Below, in pieces: positions 17,388 through 25,912 of a stretch of DNA of 25,915 nucleotides. The notes under the pieces are model-generated. The model had not been told where the DNA came from, made no database searches, and worked only from the letters and a program-made list of their open reading frames with translations. Positions within the stretch are counted from its first letter, which is position 1, and every line of letters begins with the position of its first letter. The position numbers were made by a program, and so were the translations under genes. This DNA is from Acutalibacteraceae bacterium (lineage in GTDB: Bacteria > Bacillota > Clostridia > Oscillospirales > Acutalibacteraceae), in assembly GCA_045630505.1 (NCBI GenBank), contig JAZQTE010000333.1:1-25915 (forward strand), given 5' to 3'.

Positions 17388-18608
17388 TCAAATCCCTTGT
17401 CCTTTCGCGGCAACCTCCGCCACTTGTCGCAAACTGCAGTAAAAAGATTTTCTGCGTTCGTTCAATAATGAAGAAGCGAATTGCTTAGCTGTTTCTACAT
17501 TTCGTTGACTTTCCAAGGACATCCTCTCAGGCGAAGAAATAAAAGAAATTATCCCTTGAGCAAAACCGGCTTCATCTTCAAAATCAAACAAGAAATCTTT
17601 ATCCAACACTTCCGGAACACCGCAAGTAGGCGAAGAAAGGCACGGCATACCCTCGGCCATTGCCTCCAACAAGGCTCGCGGCAATCCCTCGGCTAAGGTC
17701 GGTAAAACAAATAAATCTGATGAGCGAATCACCTTGCGCACCTCATCACCATTTGCCAACCGTCCGGTAAACTCAACAAAATCTGCAATTCCCAATTCGT
17801 TTGCGTGTTGCTCAAACTCTTCTTTTAAAGGTCCGTCACCAACAAACCGAACAGAAACATCATATCCCTGATCCCGCACAATCTTTACAGCTTTCATCAA
17901 TGTGAGATGACCTTTTTCATAGCCGGTAAAAGCGTTTGAAACATGTGCAATACAAAATTTCTTCTGATTATCCGTCCAAACCCGAGCAGAAGCAAACGTA
18001 TCGTCAGATAACTCAACAGACGAATAAGCGGCTGTAAACGCACCGGAAGACGGTTTAAGAACCGCCTTTGGGGGATATCGCTTTTGTAAATAACTTTTTG
18101 TTACATACGATGCTCCGTCAGCCTTGGCACACATAGTTTTTACAATGTTGGTCCAATTGCGCCTTACTATCCACAGCATCAATTTGTTGCCGGATGCACG
18201 GGGACTAAAATTTTCCCACGGATCCACCACAATTTCAATGGCAAACGGTTTTTTTGTTTTAGCGTATATCCGAGAAAAAATATTTGCAGTAGCTGCCGGT
18301 AATCGGAAAATAGCACAGTCGAACTCTTTACAATAGTTTTTTACACATTTTAAAATCGAAAAGTATTTTTTGATATATTCAATCGGCCCGCGATATGCAG
18401 GCAACGGCAAAAACGTTACCCCTTCTCCACTCGAAAGTTTCTTGCCGCGCGGCGCCTCTTGTAATTCCGTTATTCGTACCGCGGCGTATACGTGGTCAAA
18501 CGCCTGTAAATAGCGCTTATAAAACACGTAATCATACACTGAATCAGCGTATACCTTACCATCAGGCGTTTTGTAATAATGTCCGTCCGCAACAATCAAT
18601 ACATTCAT
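17388..18608 (-). CDS. Glycosyltransferase family 4
   Basis: KGHLTLMKA, VGDGPLK, DLFVLPTLAEGLPRALLEAMAEGMPCLSSPTCGVPE. Confidence 0.9.
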   Translation of the reverse strand: MNVLIVADGHYYKTPDGKVYADSVYDYVFYKRYLQAFDHVYAAVRITELQEAPRGKKLSSGEGVTFLPLPAYRGPIEYIKKYFSILKCVKNYCKEFDCAIFRLPAATANIFSRIYAKTKKPFAIEIVVDPWENFSPRASGNKLMLWIVRRNWTNIVKTMCAKADGASYVTKSYLQKRYPPKAVLKPSSGAFTAAYSSVELSDDTFASARVWTDNQKKFCIAHVSNAFTGYEKGHLTLMKAVKIVRDQGYDVSVRFVGDGPLKEEFEQHANELGIADFVEFTGRLANGDEVRKVIRSSDLFVLPTLAEGLPRALLEAMAEGMPCLSSPTCGVPEVLDKDFLFDFEDEAGFAQGIISFISSPERMSLESQRNVETAKQFASSLLNERRKSFYCSLRQVAEVAAKGQGI

Positions 18609-18629
18609 TTCCGCACCAAACCTTTAGTC

Positions 18630-19856
18630 TTATCTTAACGAACAAATCACTGCAATATACCGCTTCGTTCCTACGCGACGCGACAAGGTCGCATCAATGA
18701 ATCTACGCCCGTTTTCGCCTTGCTGCAACAAACTCTCTTTGCTGGCTTTCATCGTTAAGATCGCTTTGTACAAGGCATCTGCATCGTCGGGCGGTACGCA
18801 TACACCACATTCGTTTTCTTTGGTGAAGCGAACCAACTCACTGTCGGTATCAAAAGATACCAACAACGGCGTTTTTGCCGCCATATAACTCCACGTTTTA
18901 CTGGGGACGGAATTTGCACCCACGCCGCCTTTGGAAATGATGAGCCCTACATCACCCAAACTAAATACGTTCGCGATCTCGCTGTAAGGCTGAAATGGCA
19001 ATAACGTAATGTTGTCTAACCTCTTATCGTGAATATGTTGTTTCAGAGTTTCCAAATAGGCGCCGTCACCCACCAGTACAAACCCTATATCGGTTTGCTC
19101 TTGAAATCGCTCAGCAACTGCGAGCAACAGTTCCATATTTTGCGTTAAGCCAATGTTACCGCTGTAAGCCACATAGAACTTATCCGCATCCAACCCATAT
19201 TGCGAAAACAGCGGATTCTCTTTGCGTTCTACGTGGTAAACTGCCTGTTCGTCCACCCAGTTGTAAACCACTTCGATCTTTTCTTCGGGCACACCTTTGG
19301 CCATGATATTTTTCTTGAAATCTTCCGAAATGACAATAATCTTATCGGCATTTCGGTAGGTAATATTCTCCATCCAACGGCCGATCTTGAAAGCCAAGGA
19401 ATCTTCCGTGCTGATGCCGGTGTGCACCAAAGAATCCGGAAAGATATCCTGCAGGTTGTATACCATCGGAATACGCTTGCATTTTTTAAGAAACGCCGCC
19501 ATAAACCCTTGCGTCGGAGGTGTACTGTCAATAAACATCACATCCGCCTTCGTGAAAAGGCCTTTCCACACAAAGGCCAAATTCAACAAGATGTACCGAA
19601 TAGCACGGCCCAGCGTTTTCTTTCCTTCTTGCATCATGGCAAAACGGTGAATACGCAGTTTGCCGCCGCACCGTTCTTCGTACTTGATTTTCTTATAACG
19701 CTGAATCGTTTCTTTATCAACACCACGTGTGGGCGTGGGTGCAAACAATTCTACCTCGATTCCCTCGTTCGCCATATCTTCAAACAAATTCACGGTCAAA
19801 TACATACTGGCCGCAATTTCCGGCTCAAAATACGAGCAAAACGTTAAAACCTTCAC
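18630..19856 (-). CDS. Glycosyltransferase family 4, WbuB/Cap5L-like (probably the second step after initiation)
   Basis: YFEPE, YNLQDIFPDS, VVYNWVD, YSGNIGLTQNME, SVPSKTWSYMAA. Start GTG 19856 lies 7 nt after AAGGAGG (track GTG 19862 is only 1 nt from the RBS). Confidence 0.85.
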   Translation of the reverse strand: MKVLTFCSYFEPEIAASMYLTVNLFEDMANEGIEVELFAPTPTRGVDKETIQRYKKIKYEERCGGKLRIHRFAMMQEGKKTLGRAIRYILLNLAFVWKGLFTKADVMFIDSTPPTQGFMAAFLKKCKRIPMVYNLQDIFPDSLVHTGISTEDSLAFKIGRWMENITYRNADKIIVISEDFKKNIMAKGVPEEKIEVVYNWVDEQAVYHVERKENPLFSQYGLDADKFYVAYSGNIGLTQNMELLLAVAERFQEQTDIGFVLVGDGAYLETLKQHIHDKRLDNITLLPFQPYSEIANVFSLGDVGLIISKGGVGANSVPSKTWSYMAAKTPLLVSFDTDSELVRFTKENECGVCVPPDDADALYKAILTMKASKESLLQQGENGRRFIDATLSRRVGTKRYIAVICSLR

Positions 19857-19871
19857 ACTCACGCCTCCTTA

Positions 19872-21068
19872 TCATTGAATATCAATCGTTATCTCTTTCA
19901 GTGCACCTTCACACACCGCTACCGCCTTTTCGGCCGTGCATGCCTGTGCAATCACAAAACCGAGCCGTGCGCCGCTGCTTGTAATCTCGGTAACCGTTTC
20001 TCCAACACCGTGTACGATACTGATCTGCCGAACGCCGTCTATACGTTCTGCTGCATCCACACCGTCAATGTTCTCTACCGTACCGGCAGTTTGCTCAAAA
20101 TACCGAATGGCACTTCCCCGTTTGAATTTGGGAGTGATTTCGGGCTTTTCACCCAATGCGATACGAATGCAACATCCCACCATGTCCACACCGGTGGACA
20201 GCGGAACCAAATGCGTGGTAATACAATCCCCACCCAATCGTGCACCGAGTTCTACAATCTTGGGACCTTCTTCGGTAACGATGATTTCCGTATGCGAAGG
20301 ACCGTTTGTGATTCCTACCGCGCGATTAGCCGCCTCGGCGATCCATTTGATTCGTTCTACCGTGCGCGAGCAAAGCTGCGTTGGCTGCGAATGCCCCATC
20401 TCAACAAAATGAGGGGCTCCCGTTGTCAGTTTATCCGTGATCTGAATGATATGGCACTCGCCGTCTACCGTCAGCGTTTCCACGCTCACTTCCGGCCCGC
20501 GCATATACTCTTCCACCACTACGTCGCCGCTACGCGAATAGGTGCGGCTGTATTCGTACGCCTTTTCCACGGCATCGGTATCGGTAATATCTTCTACCAA
20601 AAAAATACCGCGACTCCCCGAATTATCTGCCGGCTTCACCACAAACGCCGTCTTAAACTGTTTCGCCGCCATGCGGTATTCTTCCAAACACGAAACTTTA
20701 AAAAACTGCGGAATCGGTACACCATGCTCAAGAAGCGCTTGGCGCATAGCGGCTTTGTTAGTAGCTTTAAACGCTGTTTCTTCGCTAACGCCAACCAATC
20801 CCAGTTCCCGTGCCACTACTGCTACCGTACGCATCGGCATATCACTTGCCAACGTCATAACGCCATCAATTTCGTGACGTTTGGCAGCTTCCAGCACGGC
20901 CGGAATATCAATGGTGCTGATTACCTCTTTTTCAATGTCGCTTTCCGCAAAGCCCACGGCATCGGGATCCATATCCACAGCAACCACCCGAATCCCCATT
21001 TCTTTCGCCTTGCGAATGGCAGGGAGTTGCAGAATGCTTGCCCCTAAAATCATCAGCTTTTTAGTCAT
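19872..21068 (-). CDS. ATP-grasp domain ligase (carboxylate-amine ligase / L-amino-acid ligase-like)
   Basis: ILGASILQLPAI, NKAAMRQAL, VVKPADNSGSRGI, VVEEYMRGPEVSVE, HTEIIVTEEGPKIVELGARLGGD, and a C-terminal LAL-type domain (GARLGFVIA). Confidence 0.88.
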   Translation of the reverse strand: MTKKLMILGASILQLPAIRKAKEMGIRVVAVDMDPDAVGFAESDIEKEVISTIDIPAVLEAAKRHEIDGVMTLASDMPMRTVAVVARELGLVGVSEETAFKATNKAAMRQALLEHGVPIPQFFKVSCLEEYRMAAKQFKTAFVVKPADNSGSRGIFLVEDITDTDAVEKAYEYSRTYSRSGDVVVEEYMRGPEVSVETLTVDGECHIIQITDKLTTGAPHFVEMGHSQPTQLCSRTVERIKWIAEAANRAVGITNGPSHTEIIVTEEGPKIVELGARLGGDCITTHLVPLSTGVDMVGCCIRIALGEKPEITPKFKRGSAIRYFEQTAGTVENIDGVDAAERIDGVRQISIVHGVGETVTEITSSGARLGFVIAQACTAEKAVAVCEGALKEITIDIQ

Positions 21069-22137
21069 TAAGTGTCCTCACAATTTCATCACCGATATAC
21101 TGCATATCCTGCGGTGTGTATCGCTGATCACACGGAGCCGCCAGCATATATCGTTCTGTTTTATAAGCCGTTTCACACAGCACTCTTTTGCTTTCGTTCA
21201 GCGGCCAGATCACGGTGCAAAAAACACCTTTTTGAGCCAACTTTTTTTGAACCTCATCGCGCCGCTCGGTATAAAAAGGCACATACAGATCACTGACACC
21301 GACATCTTTCTGTATGAAAGAAACCCCTTTTTTTCTCAACTTTTCCATTAGAACTGCGGCGTTTTCGGCACGACATCTGCGGATAGCTTCCCAATCAATT
21401 TGCCGAGTCAACGACAACGAGTACAATGACATACCGCAAGGTTTTTCATCGCCATCAATACGGTCGGTAACTGTAGCGAACACCCTCCGATATCGTTCCT
21501 TAAGCGATACATCACCCGTTTCAAAGAACTGTTTTCGCATTGCTTGTGCTTCCAATCGTTCTTTGGCAAAGGAAATATCTTTTGAAAACTCATCAAACTC
21601 GGATGGATCCTTCGCCCATAACAAGCCCCCATCCGCAATGGCAGCCCACTTTCGCAGGCTGGCCACTGTATAATCCGGGCAAAAAGGAGAACTGCTCGGT
21701 TGCAACAGCGTATGGGTTCTGTCGTACACGAACTTCATAGCGGGATACGTTTTTTTAAGCCACTGCAAATCGGCATCTTCAAAAGCGCGATTCCCGAAAT
21801 AATCCATATATAGCAAAATCAATTCGGCTTCATCGCCGCGAATCTGCGCCGTTATACTATCAATATCCGCCGAATAATCCGGCTGCAAACGGTAGTAACG
21901 AATTTCTCGTCCGTAAAACTCAAACGGATCGCTCATAGAAGAGCAAGACAACGCAGGCATCAATATCACTGCGGCGTGTTTTCGTGCAATACACTTGAAA
22001 GCGTCACGTCCGCTTCTAAGTAAAAGGAGTCCCGCGTCTTTTTCAGTACGAGTTACCGTGTTTTCTTCACACGATGCCCATAAAAACGCGTTAGGTGCAG
22101 CATCGTATTCATAACCGTATTCCCTAACGACACTCAT
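21061..22137 (-). CDS. Atypical DegT/DnrJ-like PLP-fold protein of unknown function
   Basis: REYGYEY, SGRDAF, MPALSC, YMDYFG, YDRTH, SLRKW...DGG (candidate PLP lysine), C-terminal PCDQRYTPQDM. Start is one of GTG 22146, GTG 22140 or ATG 22137. Confidence 0.65.
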   Translation of the reverse strand: MSVVREYGYEYDAAPNAFLWASCEENTVTRTEKDAGLLLLRSGRDAFKCIARKHAAVILMPALSCSSMSDPFEFYGREIRYYRLQPDYSADIDSITAQIRGDEAELILLYMDYFGNRAFEDADLQWLKKTYPAMKFVYDRTHTLLQPSSSPFCPDYTVASLRKWAAIADGGLLWAKDPSEFDEFSKDISFAKERLEAQAMRKQFFETGDVSLKERYRRVFATVTDRIDGDEKPCGMSLYSLSLTRQIDWEAIRRCRAENAAVLMEKLRKKGVSFIQKDVGVSDLYVPFYTERRDEVQKKLAQKGVFCTVIWPLNESKRVLCETAYKTERYMLAAPCDQRYTPQDMQYIGDEIVRTLND

Positions 22138-22150
22138 CACACTCACACCT

Positions 22151-22786
22151 TTATTGGTTTAACATTTCTGCTTGCTTTACAGCTTCATCTTCGTTCGTTG
22201 TATCTTTATACACATTTTCGCTTTTCAGTACCGAAACCACGGTTTTAAATAAGATTTTCACATCCATCACCAACGTGCAGTTTTGAGCATAAAAAGCATC
22301 GCCCTGCATTTTTTGCTCTCCGTCAGCACCGTTGCGGTAATACGCTTGGCTATATCCCGTAATGCCCGGTCGCACGGTTAAAAAGACTTTAATATCTTCG
22401 GGATAGCGCTCTAACCAATCGGGGGGATCGGGACGCGGGCCAATCAAACTCATTGAACCGTTCAGCACGTTCAAAAACTGCGGCAATTCATCTAAACTGG
22501 TCTTTCTCATAAACCGACCGATCGGCGTTACACGCGGATCATCTTCGCCATTATATGTAGAACCGTCGGCCAAACGGATATCCGGTGCGTTCACGTACAT
22601 GCTGCGAAATTTATACATCTTGAAAAGCTTGCCGTTTTTGCCGATGCGCTCTGCATTGTAAAACACCGGCCCCTTATCGGTAAAATGAATGATCGGCGCC
22701 AACACCACAAACACCAACGCAAAAATCGGCAACCCAACCAAGCATATCAAAAGATCAAACAGCCGTTTAAAAACCTTCTTGTACAT
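22151..22786 (-). CDS. Initiating phosphoglycosyl (undecaprenyl-phosphate sugar) transferase, small PglC/WcfS-like
   Basis: FKRLFD plus one hydrophobic segment, MYKFRSM, DDPRVTPIGRFMRKTSLDELPQFLNVL.GSMSLIGPRP, RPGITGYSQ. Start ATG 22786 after AAGGGG. Confidence 0.92.
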   Translation of the reverse strand: MYKKVFKRLFDLLICLVGLPIFALVFVVLAPIIHFTDKGPVFYNAERIGKNGKLFKMYKFRSMYVNAPDIRLADGSTYNGEDDPRVTPIGRFMRKTSLDELPQFLNVLNGSMSLIGPRPDPPDWLERYPEDIKVFLTVRPGITGYSQAYYRNGADGEQKMQGDAFYAQNCTLVMDVKILFKTVVSVLKSENVYKDTTNEDEAVKQAEMLNQ

Positions 22787-22797
22787 AACCAAGCCCC

Positions 22798-24018
22798 TTA
22801 ACGAATATACTCTCTCACAATTGCCGTATAGCACTCGATCACGTAGGCCACGTCCTCGTCCGTCAGACGAGTATGAAGCGGGAGGGTAATCTCGTTCACA
22901 TACTGTGCGTAGGCATTCGGGAACTGCTGAATATCAAAGCCCAGTTTTTTGTACGCCGTGTGCATCGGCAACGGTTTGTAATGCACGTTGCACGCCACAC
23001 CGCGTTCGGCCATTTTCACGATGATCTCGTTGCGCTGTTCCTCGGTAATGCCCGGCACGCGCGTGATATACAAATGCCCCGACGACGTATGTTCGCCCGT
23101 ATAATGCGGCAGCGTTTGCACGCCCAGCGGTTTCAATGCCGCATCGTACCGTTCGATGATCTCACGGCGGCGAGCCAGCATAGCGGGATAACGGCGGAAC
23201 TGCGCCAAACCCATAGCGGCGGCCACATCTGTCATATTACACTTATACCACGTGCCGATTATGTCGTATTCCCACGCACCGAGCTTTGTTTTTGCCAACG
23301 CATCTTTATTTTGACCGTGCAGCGACAGCAGCTGCACACGGCGATAGATTTCCTCGCTGTCGATTCCGTCGATGGGGCGCCACGTCAGTGCGCCGCCTTC
23401 CGCCGTTGTTAAATTCTTTACGGCGTGGAAACTGAAGCTGGAAAAATCCGCCATATTGCCACACATCACGTTGCCGCGTTTTGCGCCAAAGGCGTGCGCC
23501 GTATCCGCCAGTACCACCACACGGCCGATCGCCTTTTGCCACTCGGTTTTCGGAGTGAACAAGCGGCGTTTTCTCTCTACCGCTGCAAAAATGCGATCGT
23601 AATCACACGGAATGCCTGCGATGTCCACGGGAATGATGGCTTTGGTTTTTTCGGTAATGGCGGCTTCCATTGCCTCGTAATCCATTTCCAAGCTTTGGGA
23701 TTGGGTATCCACTAAAACAAGGGTAGCCCCCACATGGCAAACCACCGATGCAGAGGCCGTATAGGTATAGGCAGGGACGATCACTTCGTCACCCTCGCCG
23801 ATTCCCAGTAAGCGAAGGGCCATTTCGGCACACGCCGTTTGGGAGTTTAAGCAGCACGCTTTATCCGTCCCCACGTATGCGGCGACATTTCGTTCCAGTT
23901 CTTTGGTTTTCGGTCCGGTCGTGATCCAACCCGAACGCAACGCCTCCGCTACCTCAGATATTTCTTCTTCGGAAATATCCGGCGGCGAAAACGGGATATT
24001 TCGTTTTACTTCATCCAT
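22798..24018 (-). CDS. DegT/DnrJ/EryC1/StrS sugar aminotransferase, resembling the pneumococcal AATGal aminotransferase
   Basis: NIPFSPPDI, SGWITTGPKTKELE, DTAHA, FSFHAVKNLTTAEGG (PLP Lys), LSLHGQNKDALAK, YKCNMTD, NVHYKPLP. Start ATG 24018 or TTG 24027 (better RBS spacing). Confidence 0.92.
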   Translation of the reverse strand: MDEVKRNIPFSPPDISEEEISEVAEALRSGWITTGPKTKELERNVAAYVGTDKACCLNSQTACAEMALRLLGIGEGDEVIVPAYTYTASASVVCHVGATLVLVDTQSQSLEMDYEAMEAAITEKTKAIIPVDIAGIPCDYDRIFAAVERKRRLFTPKTEWQKAIGRVVVLADTAHAFGAKRGNVMCGNMADFSSFSFHAVKNLTTAEGGALTWRPIDGIDSEEIYRRVQLLSLHGQNKDALAKTKLGAWEYDIIGTWYKCNMTDVAAAMGLAQFRRYPAMLARRREIIERYDAALKPLGVQTLPHYTGEHTSSGHLYITRVPGITEEQRNEIIVKMAERGVACNVHYKPLPMHTAYKKLGFDIQQFPNAYAQYVNEITLPLHTRLTDEDVAYVIECYTAIVREYIR

Positions 24019-24089
24019 ACCGTTCAACCCGATTACCCCTCTTCTTCCCCAAAACACGCAAACAGTAGGCGCACTTATAATTAATATAT

Positions 24090-24118
24090 ATTATATTATA
24101 TAAAGCAACCACTGTCAA
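24090..24118 (-). promoter_or_regulatory. Perfect consensus sigma-A promoter for the polysaccharide locus
   Basis: TTGACA (24118-24113), 17 bp, TATAAT (24095-24090); a second overlapping TATAAT at 24100-24095. Confidence 0.85.
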
Positions 24119-24140
24119 CCTGTTTTTGTGAATCAAAGAC

Positions 24141-24165
24141 AAAAAAGCCGCCCGTTTGGGCGGCT
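24141..24165 (-). terminator. Intrinsic terminator of argS
   Basis: Minus strand AGCCGCCC-AAAC-GGGCGGCT followed by a T run, 13 bp after the argS stop. Confidence 0.88.
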
Positions 24166-24178
24166 GATTTTTGCAATT

Positions 24179-25912
24179 TTACATTGTTTCGGGAGCGTCG
24201 ATTTTGAGCAATGTGAGCACATTTTTAAGGCCGATGCGCGTAGCCGCACACAGTGCCAAACGGGCCTGCTGCAAATCGGTTTCCACACCGCGTACACGGC
24301 AAGCGTTGTAGAACTTGTGGAACAGCGTAGCCAGATCCAATGCGTAACGCGTCATCCCTGCAGGATCCTGCGCTTTGGCACACGCAACGATCTCGGCCTC
24401 GTAGTTTGACAAATGACGAATCAACTCGCGTTCCTCGGGCGCCTCCAACAAGCTGAGCGTTTCGCGTGATGTATCGGTAAGCGAAACACCGTCCTCCGAC
24501 AACGTACGGAAGATGGAGCAAAGGCGCGCATGAGCGTACTGCACGTAGTACACGGGGTTCGAAGAGGATTGCTCGATGGCAAGCCCCAAATCGAAATCCA
24601 TTTGCGTGTTGGCTTCGCGCAGATTGAAGAAGAAACGCGCAGCATCCACGGGCACTTCGTCCAACAAATCGGCGAGCTGAATCGCTTTGCCCGAGCGCTT
24701 GGACATACGCACCACTTCACCGTCACGCATCAAGCGAACCAGCTGCATCAGCGTGACCTGCAGGCGTTCACCGTCGAGTCCCACGGCGTCCATTGCGCCC
24801 TTCATACGGGCCACGTGGCCGTGGTGATCGGCGCCCCAAACGTCGATACACATATCGTATCCGCGAGCAAATTTATTGCGGTGATACGCAATATCCGCTG
24901 CAAAATATGTGGGGTTTCCGTTGGCACGCACCAAAACTTCGTCTTTAATGCCTTCTTCCACACCGTCACGATTGGTGTGCTTTTTGGCCTGATATTTCTC
25001 GCCGTGTTCGCCTGCGCGATACCACAACGCACCGTCTTTTTCATAGGTAAGGCCACGCTCGGTAAGCAGTGCGATCGTTTCCGCAAGCTCACCGTTTTGG
25101 TGAAGCGTGGATTCGGTGAACCAACGGTCGTACACAATGCGATACTTCGCCATATCCTGCTTCATTTTTTCGATATTCAGCGGCAAAGCGTATGCGACCA
25201 ACGCCGCGCGGCGCTCCGCTTCCGGCTTGTCCAAATAGCTGTCGCCATGGATAGCAGCAAAGTTTTTCGCGTGTTCACGGATATCGTCACCGTGATAGGC
25301 ATCCTCGGGCATTGCCACGGCTTCTTCGCCGCGATACAGCTGCTGATAGCGCACGTCAAGCGACAAACCGAATTTATCGATTTGGTTGCCGGCATCGTTG
25401 ATGTAGAACTCACGCCACACCTCGTAGCCTGCGGCTTCCAGCACGGCAGCCATACAGTCGCCCAGCGCGCCGCCACGGGCGTTACCCATGTGCATCGGGC
25501 CGGTGGGGTTGGCAGAAACAAATTCCACCATCACCTTTTTCCCTGCGCCAAAATCGCTGCGGCCATAGGCTTCGCCGCCCTGCAGTACGGCGTTTACCGC
25601 ATCGGCGTAATACACGGGCGAAAGGAAAAAGTTAAGAAAACCGGGGCCGGCCACCTCTGCACGCGCCAAATACGTTCCCTCGAGCTGAATATGCGAGAGC
25701 AAGCACTCCGCAATCATACGGGGCGCTTTGCGGAACGCACGGGCGGATACCATCGCCACGTTGGCCGCCAAATCGCCGTGAGAACGGTCACCGGGCACCT
25801 CAACGGTAAAATCGGGCAACGGCTCGTTCGGCAATTCACCTGCTGCCGCAGCAGCTTCGGCTGCCGCCTTCAGCACATCACGCAATTGATCTTCAAGTCG
25901 GATCGTAGCCAT
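24179..25912 (-). CDS. argS: Arginine--tRNA ligase
   Basis: HGDLAANVAM, AGPGFLNF, EFVSANPTGPMHMGNARG (HIGH), DVWGADHHGH, MSKRSG (KMSKS), NPVYYVQYAHAR. Confidence 0.98.
   Translation of the reverse strand: MATIRLEDQLRDVLKAAAEAAAAAGELPNEPLPDFTVEVPGDRSHGDLAANVAMVSARAFRKAPRMIAECLLSHIQLEGTYLARAEVAGPGFLNFFLSPVYYADAVNAVLQGGEAYGRSDFGAGKKVMVEFVSANPTGPMHMGNARGGALGDCMAAVLEAAGYEVWREFYINDAGNQIDKFGLSLDVRYQQLYRGEEAVAMPEDAYHGDDIREHAKNFAAIHGDSYLDKPEAERRAALVAYALPLNIEKMKQDMAKYRIVYDRWFTESTLHQNGELAETIALLTERGLTYEKDGALWYRAGEHGEKYQAKKHTNRDGVEEGIKDEVLVRANGNPTYFAADIAYHRNKFARGYDMCIDVWGADHHGHVARMKGAMDAVGLDGERLQVTLMQLVRLMRDGEVVRMSKRSGKAIQLADLLDEVPVDAARFFFNLREANTQMDFDLGLAIEQSSSNPVYYVQYAHARLCSIFRTLSEDGVSLTDTSRETLSLLEAPEERELIRHLSNYEAEIVACAKAQDPAGMTRYALDLATLFHKFYNACRVRGVETDLQQARLALCAATRIGLKNVLTLLKIDAPETM

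Noticed and set aside
19875-21047. 390-aa plus-strand ORF
   Set aside because: Almost exactly co-extensive antisense shadow of the ATP-grasp gene.
19854-22146. Same 9-mer GTGAGTGTG at two gene starts (19862 and 22146)
   Set aside because: Explained by SD-like GGTG/GAG sequence plus GTG start usage; two copies of a 9-mer are not enough to call an element.
24055-24130. Imperfect inverted repeat CACGCAAACAG / CTGTTTTTGTG flanking the promoter, suggesting an invertible promoter
   Set aside because: Only 9 of 11 bases match, shorter than known invertible-promoter repeats, and no recombinase is in the window. Reads showing the inverted orientation would reopen it.
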